The notes: a model not told the origin generated them from the sequence alone. A stretch of DNA of 64,000 nucleotides from Candidatus Woesearchaeota archaeon (GCA_016185605.1 JACPNG010000025.1:1954-65953), one strand, 5' to 3'. Shown: positions 47,255 through 56,839, numbered from the stretch's first letter. Program-made: numbers and translations.

Positions 47255-48469
47255 TTATTTTAAAGTTTTAATTAAACTGCTTAAACCCAATAATTTTTCT
47301 TTTCCAGTTTTCATGTCCCTTAACTTTAATTTTTTGGACTTTAATTCCTGCTTTCCAATAAATATGACATAAGGAATGTTTAATTTATCAGCATAATCCA
47401 GATTTTTGCTTAAACCCCTGTCAGCTAAGTCTATATCTGCTTTAATATTACTTTTTCTCAGTTCATTGACTATTTTCAGGGATTCTTTTAGAGTATTTAT
47501 AGGAATGATATAAGCTTTGGTTAAAGACTTTGTTTTTTTCTTGTACAAGTTAAATATTCTGTCCAATCCAAAGCTTATTCCGACAGCAGGCATCTCCCTA
47601 TTGCAGAACTTGGAAATCATTTCATCATATCTTCCGCCAGCTGCAATAGCCTCTTTTGAATCTGTAAATACCTCAAATACTGTTCCAGTGTAATAGCTTA
47701 ATCCTCTAGCTAAAGAATAATCAACTTCTATATTTTTTATATTGAACATCTTAGCATATTCCAAAACTTTATTCAACTCTTCAATGCCTTGAGAATTTTT
47801 TAACTTAAGATTTTTAGATTTTAATTTTTTTATTAATTCATTGGCAATTTTTCTATTTTTTATTATACTATTTATCTCTTCTATAACTTGTCTCTCGCCA
47901 ATCTTCTCAATCTTATCCAATTCTATAATTACTCCTTCTTTATTCTCTAAATTAAACTCATCTAGTACAGCATCAAGTATTTTTCTGTTATTGATTTTTA
48001 TCTTGAATTTAAAATTTAATTTCTTGAAAATATCATTAGCAATGGCTAACATTTCAGCATCATAAGCCAATGATTTCGAGCCAACAACATCAACATCGCA
48101 TTGGGTGAATTCTCTTATCCTATTAGAAGATACTGGACCATCCCTAAACACTTTTCCAATCTGGTATCTTTTGAAAGGGAGTTTTATATTGGGATTCATT
48201 GCTATAAATCTTGATAATGGAACTGTTAAGTCATATCTTAATCCAAGAATTCTATCTCCTTGATCTTTTAGCTTAAATGTCTCTTTTAATATCTCATCTC
48301 CACCGGCATAATTTGAGCTTAGAACTTCAAATCTCTCTAGTATGGGGGTGTCTAAAGGGTTATAACTATATAATTCAAAGACTCCTTTGATAGTATTAAC
48401 TATAGAATCCATTACAATTTTATCTTCTGGATTTACATCTTTGGTGCCTTTGGCATTTAGGATTTCCAT
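47255..48469 (-). CDS. hisS: histidyl-tRNA synthetase
   Basis: Class II HisRS N-terminus AKGTKDVNPEDKIVMDSIVNTIKGVFELYSYNPLDTPILERFEVL; 404 aa. Confidence 0.9.
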   Translation of the reverse strand: MEILNAKGTKDVNPEDKIVMDSIVNTIKGVFELYSYNPLDTPILERFEVLSSNYAGGDEILKETFKLKDQGDRILGLRYDLTVPLSRFIAMNPNIKLPFKRYQIGKVFRDGPVSSNRIREFTQCDVDVVGSKSLAYDAEMLAIANDIFKKLNFKFKIKINNRKILDAVLDEFNLENKEGVIIELDKIEKIGERQVIEEINSIIKNRKIANELIKKLKSKNLKLKNSQGIEELNKVLEYAKMFNIKNIEVDYSLARGLSYYTGTVFEVFTDSKEAIAAGGRYDEMISKFCNREMPAVGISFGLDRIFNLYKKKTKSLTKAYIIPINTLKESLKIVNELRKSNIKADIDLADRGLSKNLDYADKLNIPYVIFIGKQELKSKKLKLRDMKTGKEKLLGLSSLIKTLK

Positions 48470-48490
48470 CTAAACCCTCCAAATAATTTA

Positions 48491-48564
48491 GGGGCGATAG
48501 ACGAGAATCGGACTCGCGTCTCAGGATCCACAGTCCCGCGTTCTACCATTGAACTACTACCGCC
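48491..48564 (-). tRNA. tRNA-His (anticodon GTG) with genome-encoded G-1
   Basis: Minus-strand read G|GCGGTAG TA GTTC AATGGTA GAAC G CGGGA CTGTGGA TCCTG AGAC GCGAG TCCGATT CTCGT CTATCGC C; acceptor 7 bp (one G-U), D-stem GTTC/GAAC, anticodon loop CUGUGGA gives GUG, discriminator C73, extra 5' G pairing opposite C73; no encoded CCA. Confidence 0.85.
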
Positions 48565-48794
48565 ATCATATCCCCAATTAATAGGGATTTTATATCTACA
48601 ACTATCAAAATCAAGAATTCCAGTGATGAATAAAACCAGCTCTTTCCATCTTAAGATATTATTTTTTTCCATTATTTATAAAATTATCTATATGACAGAT
48701 TAGACACAGAAATATTTAAATATGTGCATATATAAGCACAAATTTAACAGATAACGCTATAAAAATAGTTTAAAAGCTAATAAGGAGGTAAGAG

Positions 48795-48884
48795 ATGGCA
48801 GCCAAAAAGAAGAAAAAAATGGATTACGAAGAGGAAGAGGATAGTGAGGTAGAAGAGGAAGAAGACGACTTCGGCGATTATTAG
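48795..48884 (+). CDS. small ORF (29 aa) with strong Shine-Dalgarno: MAAKKKKKMDYEEEEDSEVEEEEDDFGDY
   Basis: AGGAGGT at 48783..48789, 5 nt before the ATG; basic N-terminus then acidic tail ending DDFGDY; 44 nt upstream of the MgtC-family gene. Confidence 0.35.
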   Translation: MAAKKKKKMDYEEEEDSEVEEEEDDFGDY

Positions 48885-48928
48885 ATATTATAATCTTTTT
48901 TCTTTTTTCAAAATTAAAAACAGCGAAA

Positions 48929-49555
48929 ATGGAATTAATAGTAATATTGCTTAGATTCTTTATAGTATTTGTGTTTTCACTAGTATTTGGGTTAGAAAGG
49001 CAAAGATCCCATAAGCCAATAGGATTTGGAACATTCACATTTGTATCAATAGGGGCTTGTGGATTGGGAATTACATCAATATTATTGAATGCTGCAAATC
49101 CTCTACCTTTGTTAGGCTCCATAATAACAGGAATAGGATTTTTAGGGGCTGGCGCATTAATCAAGACTACTGACAAGATATTTGGATTCACAACAGCAGC
49201 TAGTATATGGATTCTTGCTATAATAGGATTGGCTATAGGGGTTGGGGAATATGTAATAGCCATAATCATGTATTCATTGGTCTGGTTGGTTATATTTATA
49301 GACAAATATCTGGAAAAAAAAGGAATTGGATCTTATCAAAATAAAATAACATTAGTAACTAATAAAATAATAAACGCAAATGACATTAAATCCTCATTAG
49401 GGGCAAAAGTAAATAAAATAGTAAATATGGACATTAACAGAAAAGAGAATAAATGCTCCATAACCATATTAGTGGAAGGAGATAAAGAGCATATAAACGA
49501 GATTCCCAAGAAACTATTCAAGAATGAATGGCTGGATTCATTCAAGGTCGAATGA
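48929..49555 (+). CDS. MgtC/SapB-family membrane protein
   Basis: N-terminal FGLERQ...GFGTFTFVSIGA within 4-5 TM helices, plus C-terminal soluble domain. Confidence 0.6.
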   Translation: MELIVILLRFFIVFVFSLVFGLERQRSHKPIGFGTFTFVSIGACGLGITSILLNAANPLPLLGSIITGIGFLGAGALIKTTDKIFGFTTAASIWILAIIGLAIGVGEYVIAIIMYSLVWLVIFIDKYLEKKGIGSYQNKITLVTNKIINANDIKSSLGAKVNKIVNMDINRKENKCSITILVEGDKEHINEIPKKLFKNEWLDSFKVE

Positions 49556-49586
49556 ATTGGAAAGATTAATATAGAATAAAAGGAAT

Positions 49587-50483
49587 TTGGTTGTTATGGC
49601 TGAAAAAGAGGATAATGGAAAGAATCTAATGTTGGATTTCTATAAATTTAGGAATATAAGCTATAAAAGATTCTCAACCTTAATTGACAGACTGAATTTT
49701 TTCTATATTCTTATGATCTGGATTATTACAGTTATAATTTTTGGGGTTGCATATTACAGCTTATCTGGAGATGTAGCAAACTTATTTTTTACATATAAAG
49801 GAGAGACAGTAAACGATTTAGTAAATAGCATTTATTTCAGTTTTGTTACTGCTTCAACATCAGGATTTAGCGGGATAATTCCTTTTGGATTTTTTAGGAT
49901 AATGGCAATTATTGAGGTTATGTTTGGATTGCTGTTATTAGCATTGGTCACATCAAAGCTTGTATCAATAAAACAAGACATAATCTTAAATGAGATTTAT
50001 GAAATGTCATTAAACGAGAAGATTAACAGACTAAGATCATCATTCTTATTATTCAGGCAGAATATTGGAAAAATAATGTCTAGAATTGAAGAGGGATTTA
50101 CCAGAAAAAGAGAAGTTAGCGATTTATACAATTATTTATCTTCTCTTGAAGATGATATTGATGAAGCTATTAAGCTAATAAAAAGGCAGGGAAAAAATCA
50201 TTTTACAAAAGATATTGATTCAGTAAGTCTTGAATTAATATTAAACAGCATATTGTCTTCATTTGAAAAATTGAATGAATTATTTGATATAATGAACAAA
50301 AATAATATGGAATGGAAAAAGATATTTATAATAGAATCAATAGACAGATGCATAATATTAAATGACAGATTATTCGAGGAGATAAATATAAAGAAAATTC
50401 TCAAGGAAAAGACTGTACAAGACCTTATAGACTCAAAAAATAAGATAAACCAGTCAATAAAAGAATTATTGAAACATAATTGA
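49587..50483 (+). CDS. two-TM pore-loop ion channel family protein with cytoplasmic helical domain
   Basis: TM1, pore-helix/filter-like FVTASTSGFSGIIP (non-canonical, not TVGYG), TM2; ~170-aa C-terminal domain. Confidence 0.5.
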   Translation: MVVMAEKEDNGKNLMLDFYKFRNISYKRFSTLIDRLNFFYILMIWIITVIIFGVAYYSLSGDVANLFFTYKGETVNDLVNSIYFSFVTASTSGFSGIIPFGFFRIMAIIEVMFGLLLLALVTSKLVSIKQDIILNEIYEMSLNEKINRLRSSFLLFRQNIGKIMSRIEEGFTRKREVSDLYNYLSSLEDDIDEAIKLIKRQGKNHFTKDIDSVSLELILNSILSSFEKLNELFDIMNKNNMEWKKIFIIESIDRCIILNDRLFEEINIKKILKEKTVQDLIDSKNKINQSIKELLKHN

Positions 50484-50518
50484 CAAAATATTTATATAAT
50501 TCATAGAGAAAAGTAATA

Positions 50519-51208
50519 ATGATGAAAAAAGAGGAAATGCATTTTCATAATAAGTATAATCTAAAAGACATAATTCTTGGAGGCCAGGATGGAATTGTCA
50601 ATGTCCTTGGGATTGTATTGGCAGTGGCTACAGCAACCAATGACTTAAGGATAATATTAATTTCCGGGCTGGCAGCCACATTCGCTGAATCATTGTCAAT
50701 GGCAGCTGTTGCATACACTTCAACAAAAGCAGCCAAGGATTATTACCTTAGCATTATAGAAGAAGAGGCAAAGGAAATTAAAAAATATCCTAAAAGACAT
50801 CTAAAAAACGTTAAGGATATTTATTATAAAAAGGGATTTAGAGGCACTCTTCTTAATAGAATAGTAAGTCATATTGTCTCTGACAAGAAATTATGGGTCA
50901 ATACAATGGTAAAAGAAGAATTAGGATTATCAGAAGAAGAATTAATATCTCCGTTAAAAAGCGCATTAGTTGTCGGATTAGCTTCTGTAATTGGCTCATT
51001 AATTCCATTGCTGCCTTTTATTCTTCCGTTTTCATACAGAATATCATTTGCATTGATATTTTCCATATTTATATTATTTATTACAGGAGCCATCAAAGCA
51101 AAAGTAACAATAGGAAGCTGGATAAGGTCCGGAATAGAGATGGCTGCTATAGGAACATTGGCTGCTTTAATGGGCTATGTTATAGGATTGGCTTTAGGAA
51201 CAATCTAA
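50519..51208 (+). CDS. VIT1/CCC1-family metal (Fe/Mn) transporter
   Basis: ILGGQDGIVNVLGIVLAVATATND N-terminal motif and C-terminal TM cluster. Confidence 0.7.
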   Translation: MMKKEEMHFHNKYNLKDIILGGQDGIVNVLGIVLAVATATNDLRIILISGLAATFAESLSMAAVAYTSTKAAKDYYLSIIEEEAKEIKKYPKRHLKNVKDIYYKKGFRGTLLNRIVSHIVSDKKLWVNTMVKEELGLSEEELISPLKSALVVGLASVIGSLIPLLPFILPFSYRISFALIFSIFILFITGAIKAKVTIGSWIRSGIEMAAIGTLAALMGYVIGLALGTI

Positions 51209-51285
51209 TTCCTATAATTTAATATTTCTTTTTTTCTATATAAAAGCTTATAAATCGACAATATAACTCAAGAGTGGTGTAAATA

Positions 51286-51507
51286 ATGCCTCAAAAAAAA
51301 GGTCCAACATATAAAGACGGTGATGGAAACACACTGTTTGGATTTTCCCAGACTAGCTTAGATAAAACTAACGCCAAGCTTAATGGAGTAGTAATAGGAT
51401 TAAAAATATTGATATTCTTATTTGTTCTGTTGCTTATAATATTGGGGGCAACTGCTGTATGGTTAGCCCAGCATGATGTTATAACAAGGCTAATTTACAG
51501 ATACTAA
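51286..51507 (+). CDS. small single-TM protein
   Basis: 73 aa with one TM (VVIGLKILIFLFVLLLIILGATAVWL). Confidence 0.3.
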   Translation: MPQKKGPTYKDGDGNTLFGFSQTSLDKTNAKLNGVVIGLKILIFLFVLLLIILGATAVWLAQHDVITRLIYRY

Positions 51508-51948
51508 TTCTTTTTCCAGTTTTTTTCTTCTACTATATGCTTCTCTACCCGCCTTATACAAAATTCCTGGAATTCCGAATTTACTAGATTCTATATTATA
51601 AATGGCATTTCTATTTTCCCATTCTTTAAGATATTCTTCTAACCCAATTGTGTTAGGTATAATAATTTTAGGTCTTATATCCATCTCAACTAAATCTTCA
51701 TCTCCCTCAAGATATCTTTCATAAATCATATGTCCGAATAATGAAAATTTACTTCCGCTTGTAGCCATAATTCTTGTAATATCTCTTTCTTTTGCTAATT
51801 CCTTTAACTTCTCGACTTTTTTATAACGGCGACCACCAAATATCAAACTTATATCCATATGTAATCCAAATCTCTGATTGGATAATACAGCCAATAATCT
51901 TAGATATAATGAATAAGAACCATCTAGTGGTAAAATATAGGGGTCCAT
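51490..51948 (-). CDS. hypothetical protein
   Basis: 152-aa ORF; start codon 11 nt from a 14-bp palindrome. Confidence 0.35.
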   Translation of the reverse strand: MDPYILPLDGSYSLYLRLLAVLSNQRFGLHMDISLIFGGRRYKKVEKLKELAKERDITRIMATSGSKFSLFGHMIYERYLEGDEDLVEMDIRPKIIIPNTIGLEEYLKEWENRNAIYNIESSKFGIPGILYKAGREAYSRRKKLEKELVSVN

Positions 51949-51958
51949 AAGACTAAAT

Positions 51959-52028
51959 TCTGATTTATCAGATAATTCTACTTTTTGTAAGGAATTTAAT
52001 AATCTTAATTATCTTCTGATAAATCAGA
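51959..52028. promoter_or_regulatory. pair of 14-bp palindromic operator-like sites, TCTGAT-TT-ATCAGA (51959..51972) and TCTGAT-AA-ATCAGA (52015..52028)
   Basis: Both are read directly from the sequence; centres 56 bp apart; the shared flanks AATTCTGAT and ATCAGAACT extend the match. Confidence 0.4.
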
Positions 52029-52127
52029 ACTAAGGTGTTGTTCAAGGGCGTTTGCTAATTCTAATGCCGAACTATTATCCATATTTTTTAATAACACGAC
52101 AATTTTATAAATCTATTGATTAAAATA

Positions 52128-52325
52128 TTAACCGCCGCTAATAACGCTTAATAATTCTATTCTGTCATTTTCATTTAATTTGGCGTCTTTTGTTATTATT
52201 TCGTCATTTCTTACTATAATAACCTCATTCTCATTAAGGCTTAACCTAGTAAAAATCTCTTTAATGGAGTTAACATCCAGATTATGATTTTCATTCTTTC
52301 TTTGGATAAATACATTAATTTTCAT
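52128..52325 (-). CDS. ubiquitin-like beta-grasp protein with C-terminal Gly-Gly (SAMP/ThiS/MoaD family)
   Basis: 65 aa ending ...LLSVISGG. Confidence 0.6.
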   Translation of the reverse strand: MKINVFIQRKNENHNLDVNSIKEIFTRLSLNENEVIIVRNDEIITKDAKLNENDRIELLSVISGG

Positions 52326-52392
52326 CTTCTTATTTATAGTAGATTATTTAAAAGAGTAATGTTTTTATATTTTTTCAAATATATAGGTTAAG

Positions 52393-54285
52393 ATGAGATT
52401 ATTCAAATTATTAAAGGAATTAAGATCATACAATAAAAACGCAGACATTAAACTAGTTAGCAAAGCATACTCCTACGCCAAAAAAGTCCATAAAGACAAA
52501 AAAAGGGCTTCTGGTGAATTATTTATACAGCATCCATTGAATGTAGCATATATTCTGGCCCAGCACAAATCAGACGACGCATCAATAGCAGCTGCCTTAC
52601 TTCATGATGTGTTGGAAGACTCAAATACATCCTTAGAAGACATTAAATCTTTGTTTGGAGAAGAAATAGCTAATCTAGTGGATGGACTGACAAAATTAAC
52701 CACAATAAAATATGAAGAAAACAGGGAGATTGAATATATCAGAAAGATGTTGATATATTCTGCCCGGGATATAAGGATTATAATAATAAAATTAGCAGAT
52801 AAGCTCCATAACATGAGGACAATAGAATATTTAGAAGAATACCAAGTAAAAAGAATCTGCCAGGAAACATTGGATATCTATGCCCCATTAGCTCATAAAT
52901 TGGGAATGGCCTCTGTAAAAGATGAGTTGGAAGATTTGGCATTCATGAATATATATCCTGAAATTTACAGAAAACTCAAAAATAAATTCAAGAAAAGCAA
53001 GACAGACAAAAGTTCAGAAGCCAAAAGAATCAAGACAATAATAACAAAGAATCTCAAAGAGCATGGAATCAATGCACTAATAACAGGAAGGACAAAAACA
53101 TTTTATAGCATCTATAAAAAGATGATGCTGAAGAAAAGAACATTTGAAGAAATCTATGATATTATTGGATTAAGAATTATTACAGATGATGAAAAAGAAT
53201 GCTATGAAATTCTTGGATTAATACATAATTTATGGACTCCTATTCCTGGAGAATTTGATGATTATATAGCGATGCCAAAGCCGAATATGTATCAGAGTCT
53301 GCATACTACTGTAATGGCATTTAACCAGCCAGTTGAATTCCAAATTAGAACTTATGAAATGGATAAAATAGCTGAAGAGGGAATAGCAGCCCATTGGGGA
53401 TATAAGGGGATTAAAGAAGATAAAAAATTCGACAAGAGATTAGTCTGGCTAAGGCAGATAATAAACTGGGAAACTGAATCAAGCAGTATAAAAGAATTTA
53501 TGGAATTTTTAAAAGGAGATATATTTGAGGATGAAATTTATATATTCACTCCAAAAGGTGATGTGATAAACCTTCCAAAAGAATCCTGTCCAATAGACTT
53601 TGCATATGCTGTCCATTCAAATATAGGGGAAAGATGCATAGGGGCTGTTGTAAATGGAAGGATTGTTCCATTAAGATACCAGCTTAAGACAGGGGATATT
53701 GTAAATATATTAACCTCAAAAAAACCCTCCCCAAGAAGGGACTGGCTTAAGATTGTCAAGACAGCCAAGGCAAAAAATAAAATAATACATTTCATAAGGG
53801 AGCATGAAAAAATCCCTATAGCAAATATAAGGCATTTGGATGCTAAAAAATTAATCAAAGACAAAAACAGCTTAATCTCAATAAACAAAAATCCTATTGC
53901 TAATTATAAACTGTCAAAATGCTGCAACCCATTGCCCGGAGACAGAATAATAGCTCATCTGTCAAAAAATAAGTTTTCAATACATACAGAAGAATGTGAA
54001 GGATATAGCTCAAAAAAGATATTTGAGGCTTCCTGGATTGATAATTCCATGCCTATATGGATAAAAATAGTAGCCAAAGACAGGGTTGGATTATTTGCTG
54101 ATGTGCTAAATACAGTAGCTGCCACAGGAACCAATGTTGATCCAGCTAAGTCCAGGGCAATAAATAATAATTTTGCTGAGATTGAATTTGGAATCCTAGC
54201 TGAAAACTTGGACCATATAAAAGATTTAGTATCAAGGGTAAAAAGGGTAAAAAGCGTTACTAAAGTTTCTATAGAGCAAAAATAA
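52393..54285 (+). CDS. bifunctional (p)ppGpp synthetase/hydrolase, long RelA/SpoT homolog (HD-SYNTH-TGS-ACT)
   Basis: HD hydrolase motif HPLNVAYILAQHKSDDASIAAALLHDVLED; synthetase motifs GRTKTFYSIYKKM...IIGLRIIT...DYIAMPKPNMYQSLHTTV; TGS (IYIFTPKGDVINLPKESCPIDFAYAVHSNIG); C-terminal ACT. Confidence 0.85.
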   Translation: MRLFKLLKELRSYNKNADIKLVSKAYSYAKKVHKDKKRASGELFIQHPLNVAYILAQHKSDDASIAAALLHDVLEDSNTSLEDIKSLFGEEIANLVDGLTKLTTIKYEENREIEYIRKMLIYSARDIRIIIIKLADKLHNMRTIEYLEEYQVKRICQETLDIYAPLAHKLGMASVKDELEDLAFMNIYPEIYRKLKNKFKKSKTDKSSEAKRIKTIITKNLKEHGINALITGRTKTFYSIYKKMMLKKRTFEEIYDIIGLRIITDDEKECYEILGLIHNLWTPIPGEFDDYIAMPKPNMYQSLHTTVMAFNQPVEFQIRTYEMDKIAEEGIAAHWGYKGIKEDKKFDKRLVWLRQIINWETESSSIKEFMEFLKGDIFEDEIYIFTPKGDVINLPKESCPIDFAYAVHSNIGERCIGAVVNGRIVPLRYQLKTGDIVNILTSKKPSPRRDWLKIVKTAKAKNKIIHFIREHEKIPIANIRHLDAKKLIKDKNSLISINKNPIANYKLSKCCNPLPGDRIIAHLSKNKFSIHTEECEGYSSKKIFEASWIDNSMPIWIKIVAKDRVGLFADVLNTVAATGTNVDPAKSRAINNNFAEIEFGILAENLDHIKDLVSRVKRVKSVTKVSIEQK

Positions 54286-54322
54286 TCGCAATATTTAAAA
54301 ATTATCCTGAAAATTAACTCTT

Positions 54323-55030
54323 ATGATAATAAAAGAATATGATTTAAGGATATCTAAAATAATACAAGAAACTCATGACACAAAGACATTCAGGATTAAT
54401 TTCAACGATGAATTCAGCTTTGAGCCAGGGCAGTTTATTAATCTGACATTAGATATTCTACAAAATGGAGAGGTTAAACAATTAACCAGGCAGTATTCCA
54501 TATCCTCTTCTCCAACAAAAAAAAATTATATTGATCTGACAATAAAGAAGATGGCTAACGGAATAATGTCAAATTATATTGTAGATAATTCAACTATTGG
54601 AGACAAAATCAAGATAAAAGGCCCTTATGGAATGTTTACGTTTAAAGATGATGTTAAAAAAGCAGTATTCATAGCTGGCGGCTCTGGAATATCCTCATTA
54701 ATATCAATGATAAGATATATAGCAGATAAAAATCTTGATGTTGATGTTACTTTATTATTCAGCAACAAAACTCCCAAAGATATTATATTTAGGAGTGAAT
54801 TAGATGAGTTGAAAGAGAAAAAATTTAACATAATAAATACAGTTACAAGATATAACGGGGATGAATGGGATGGAGAGATTGGAAGAATCAACAAAGAGAT
54901 GATAAGAAAGTATTGTGATTTGGATTCATTATTTTATATCTGCGGATTGCCTGAAATGGTGGATAGTGTGAGAAAAGAGCTTGAAACATTAGGAATAGAG
55001 AAGGCAAGAGTTAAGTTTGAAAAATACTAA
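54323..55030 (+). CDS. FAD/NAD(P)-binding oxidoreductase (ferredoxin-NADP reductase-like electron-transfer subunit)
   Basis: FAD-binding RQYSISS, NAD-binding AGGSGISS. Confidence 0.7.
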   Translation: MIIKEYDLRISKIIQETHDTKTFRINFNDEFSFEPGQFINLTLDILQNGEVKQLTRQYSISSSPTKKNYIDLTIKKMANGIMSNYIVDNSTIGDKIKIKGPYGMFTFKDDVKKAVFIAGGSGISSLISMIRYIADKNLDVDVTLLFSNKTPKDIIFRSELDELKEKKFNIINTVTRYNGDEWDGEIGRINKEMIRKYCDLDSLFYICGLPEMVDSVRKELETLGIEKARVKFEKY

Positions 55031-55854
55031 ACTCTTATTATTTTATCATTACCTGCTATTTTTAACCATTTAGCCATATCTTTATTGGGTCTATTAGTTT
55101 CAGAACTAATTGGCATCATTCCAGCGTAGACTCCATCCTCTTTTATATCTAATACTACTTCAGTACTTTTACCATATGGTTGTTGTTCTTTTATCATACT
55201 TATTATTGAGTCAACAACAACATCTAAAGTCATTCTTTCCCATGGCTTATCTTTTGTCATTTCTGTATCTATTGTAGAAGGGTATATAACAGCAAACTTT
55301 GTATTCCAGCCCTTCTCAGCAGCAGCCATTCTAAGATTTTGATAAGCTGCACTTACAGCTGTTTTTGATCCAGTATATGCAGTAGAAACATCATCGTAAG
55401 ATATTAAACCAGAAATGGAACTTACTAATAAAGTATATTCTGGTTTTCTCAAAGATGAATCTTTTCTTTCATAATAACTTTTTATCCATCTCTCAGCCAG
55501 ATAAATCGGAACAGTAGTATTTAAGAAAAATGCTCTATTAAATTCAGAAAATTTAGATTCAAATGGTAAACTTTCTGGCAGATAACCTGCATTTAATATA
55601 AGTATTTCTGCTCCCCCTGTTTCATAAACCCAATCAATTAATTTATTGATAGAGCTTTCCTCACTTAAATCCATAACCCTATACTCTAATTTTCCACCCT
55701 TATTCTGAACCTCTTCTTTAAGAGTCTTTAATAAATCCTCACTTCTTGCAACTGTTAATAATTCTACTCCCTCACTAGCTAATCTAATTAATAGATCTCT
55801 ACCTATCCCTTTACTTCCTCCAGTTACTAATGCTCTTTTACCTTCTAATTCCAT
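55027..55854 (-). CDS. short-chain dehydrogenase/reductase (SDR)
   Basis: GKRALVTGGSKGIG cofactor motif, catalytic YTGSK. Confidence 0.85.
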   Translation of the reverse strand: MELEGKRALVTGGSKGIGRDLLIRLASEGVELLTVARSEDLLKTLKEEVQNKGGKLEYRVMDLSEESSINKLIDWVYETGGAEILILNAGYLPESLPFESKFSEFNRAFFLNTTVPIYLAERWIKSYYERKDSSLRKPEYTLLVSSISGLISYDDVSTAYTGSKTAVSAAYQNLRMAAAEKGWNTKFAVIYPSTIDTEMTKDKPWERMTLDVVVDSIISMIKEQQPYGKSTEVVLDIKEDGVYAGMMPISSETNRPNKDMAKWLKIAGNDKIIRV

Positions 55855-55855
55855 T

Positions 55856-56839
55856 TTACACCAAACTATTAAGATAGTCTACAAATCTTGTGTTTGCTCT
55901 CATCCCTGTTATATTTCTTTTTCCCTTTTTTTCTTCTTTTTCTTGCTCAAATCTTATAAAACTTAAATCATCTTGTTTAATTGATTCTGGAATTCTTCCC
56001 ATTGTTAATACATTAGTTATTGGATTATAAACTAAAGGTCTTAACCCTGATTCATATAATTCTCGTTGATAATTTAAATCTGAATTAGAGAATGCTTGAA
56101 CCTTCTGACTATAAAAATCTTCTGATAATATTGGTTTTGAAAGAGGATATTCCCTTTTCTTTGGTCTATTTATTTGTTCAGCTACTATATTATATAATAC
56201 ATTTGCTTCAGGGATAAGCAAAGGTTCTCTATATGGAATATTAGGAGATTTTACTGCTGTTATTTCGCTTCTTCTTTGATTATTAATTTCAGAGGTTAAT
56301 ATGTGTGGGAGTATTCCTATAGATATCATCTCAAGTTCTCCAATTAAAATTCTTCTCAATGAACCAGATTCTGGATTAAGAACAAATTCTGTTGATATTT
56401 GAATTTTATTTTCATCTAATAATGGAACAAATCTTCTATAATAACTCTCCATTATCAGCTTTCTTCGCCCTTTTGGAGCTATTTGAGTCCAGTCAATAGA
56501 AACAAAATGTCCTAGATTAACTAAAGAAGTGGAGCCAAAAACTTCTCCCTCCAATCCAGTAAATACTAAGAATATATGATTAGGGTCATCAATTCTTTTT
56601 ATCAGCCAGCTATTATTTAAAAAATTTTTTTTAGGATCTTCAAAACCATAAAAAAACCAAGGGTCTCTTTCATAAGTTTCTTTGTATAAAGAAATAACAC
56701 CTGGGATTGTTTTCTCATCTAAAGTTTTGATCTTTACTCCTGATCTTTCTACTAAGATTGGATTTTCTTCAATATCTCTTTCTATTAGATTCTTCAATGA
56801 TTTAACACCATTTTTCAAAGTTGAATTTGTAGATACCAT
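55856..56839 (-). CDS. hypothetical protein co-transcribed with the SDR
   Basis: 327 aa, 1-nt gap to the SDR gene. Confidence 0.4.
   Translation of the reverse strand: MVSTNSTLKNGVKSLKNLIERDIEENPILVERSGVKIKTLDEKTIPGVISLYKETYERDPWFFYGFEDPKKNFLNNSWLIKRIDDPNHIFLVFTGLEGEVFGSTSLVNLGHFVSIDWTQIAPKGRRKLIMESYYRRFVPLLDENKIQISTEFVLNPESGSLRRILIGELEMISIGILPHILTSEINNQRRSEITAVKSPNIPYREPLLIPEANVLYNIVAEQINRPKKREYPLSKPILSEDFYSQKVQAFSNSDLNYQRELYESGLRPLVYNPITNVLTMGRIPESIKQDDLSFIRFEQEKEEKKGKRNITGMRANTRFVDYLNSLV

Noticed and set aside
48457-48672. 71-aa minus-strand ORF overlapping the hisS start.
   Set aside because: It covers the tRNA-His gene (48491..48564); its translation is an artefact of reading through the tRNA.
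48757-49305. 182-aa minus-strand ORF.
   Set aside because: Antisense to the well-supported MgtC-family gene (48929..49555) and to the SD-driven sORF; low-complexity N/I/P-rich.
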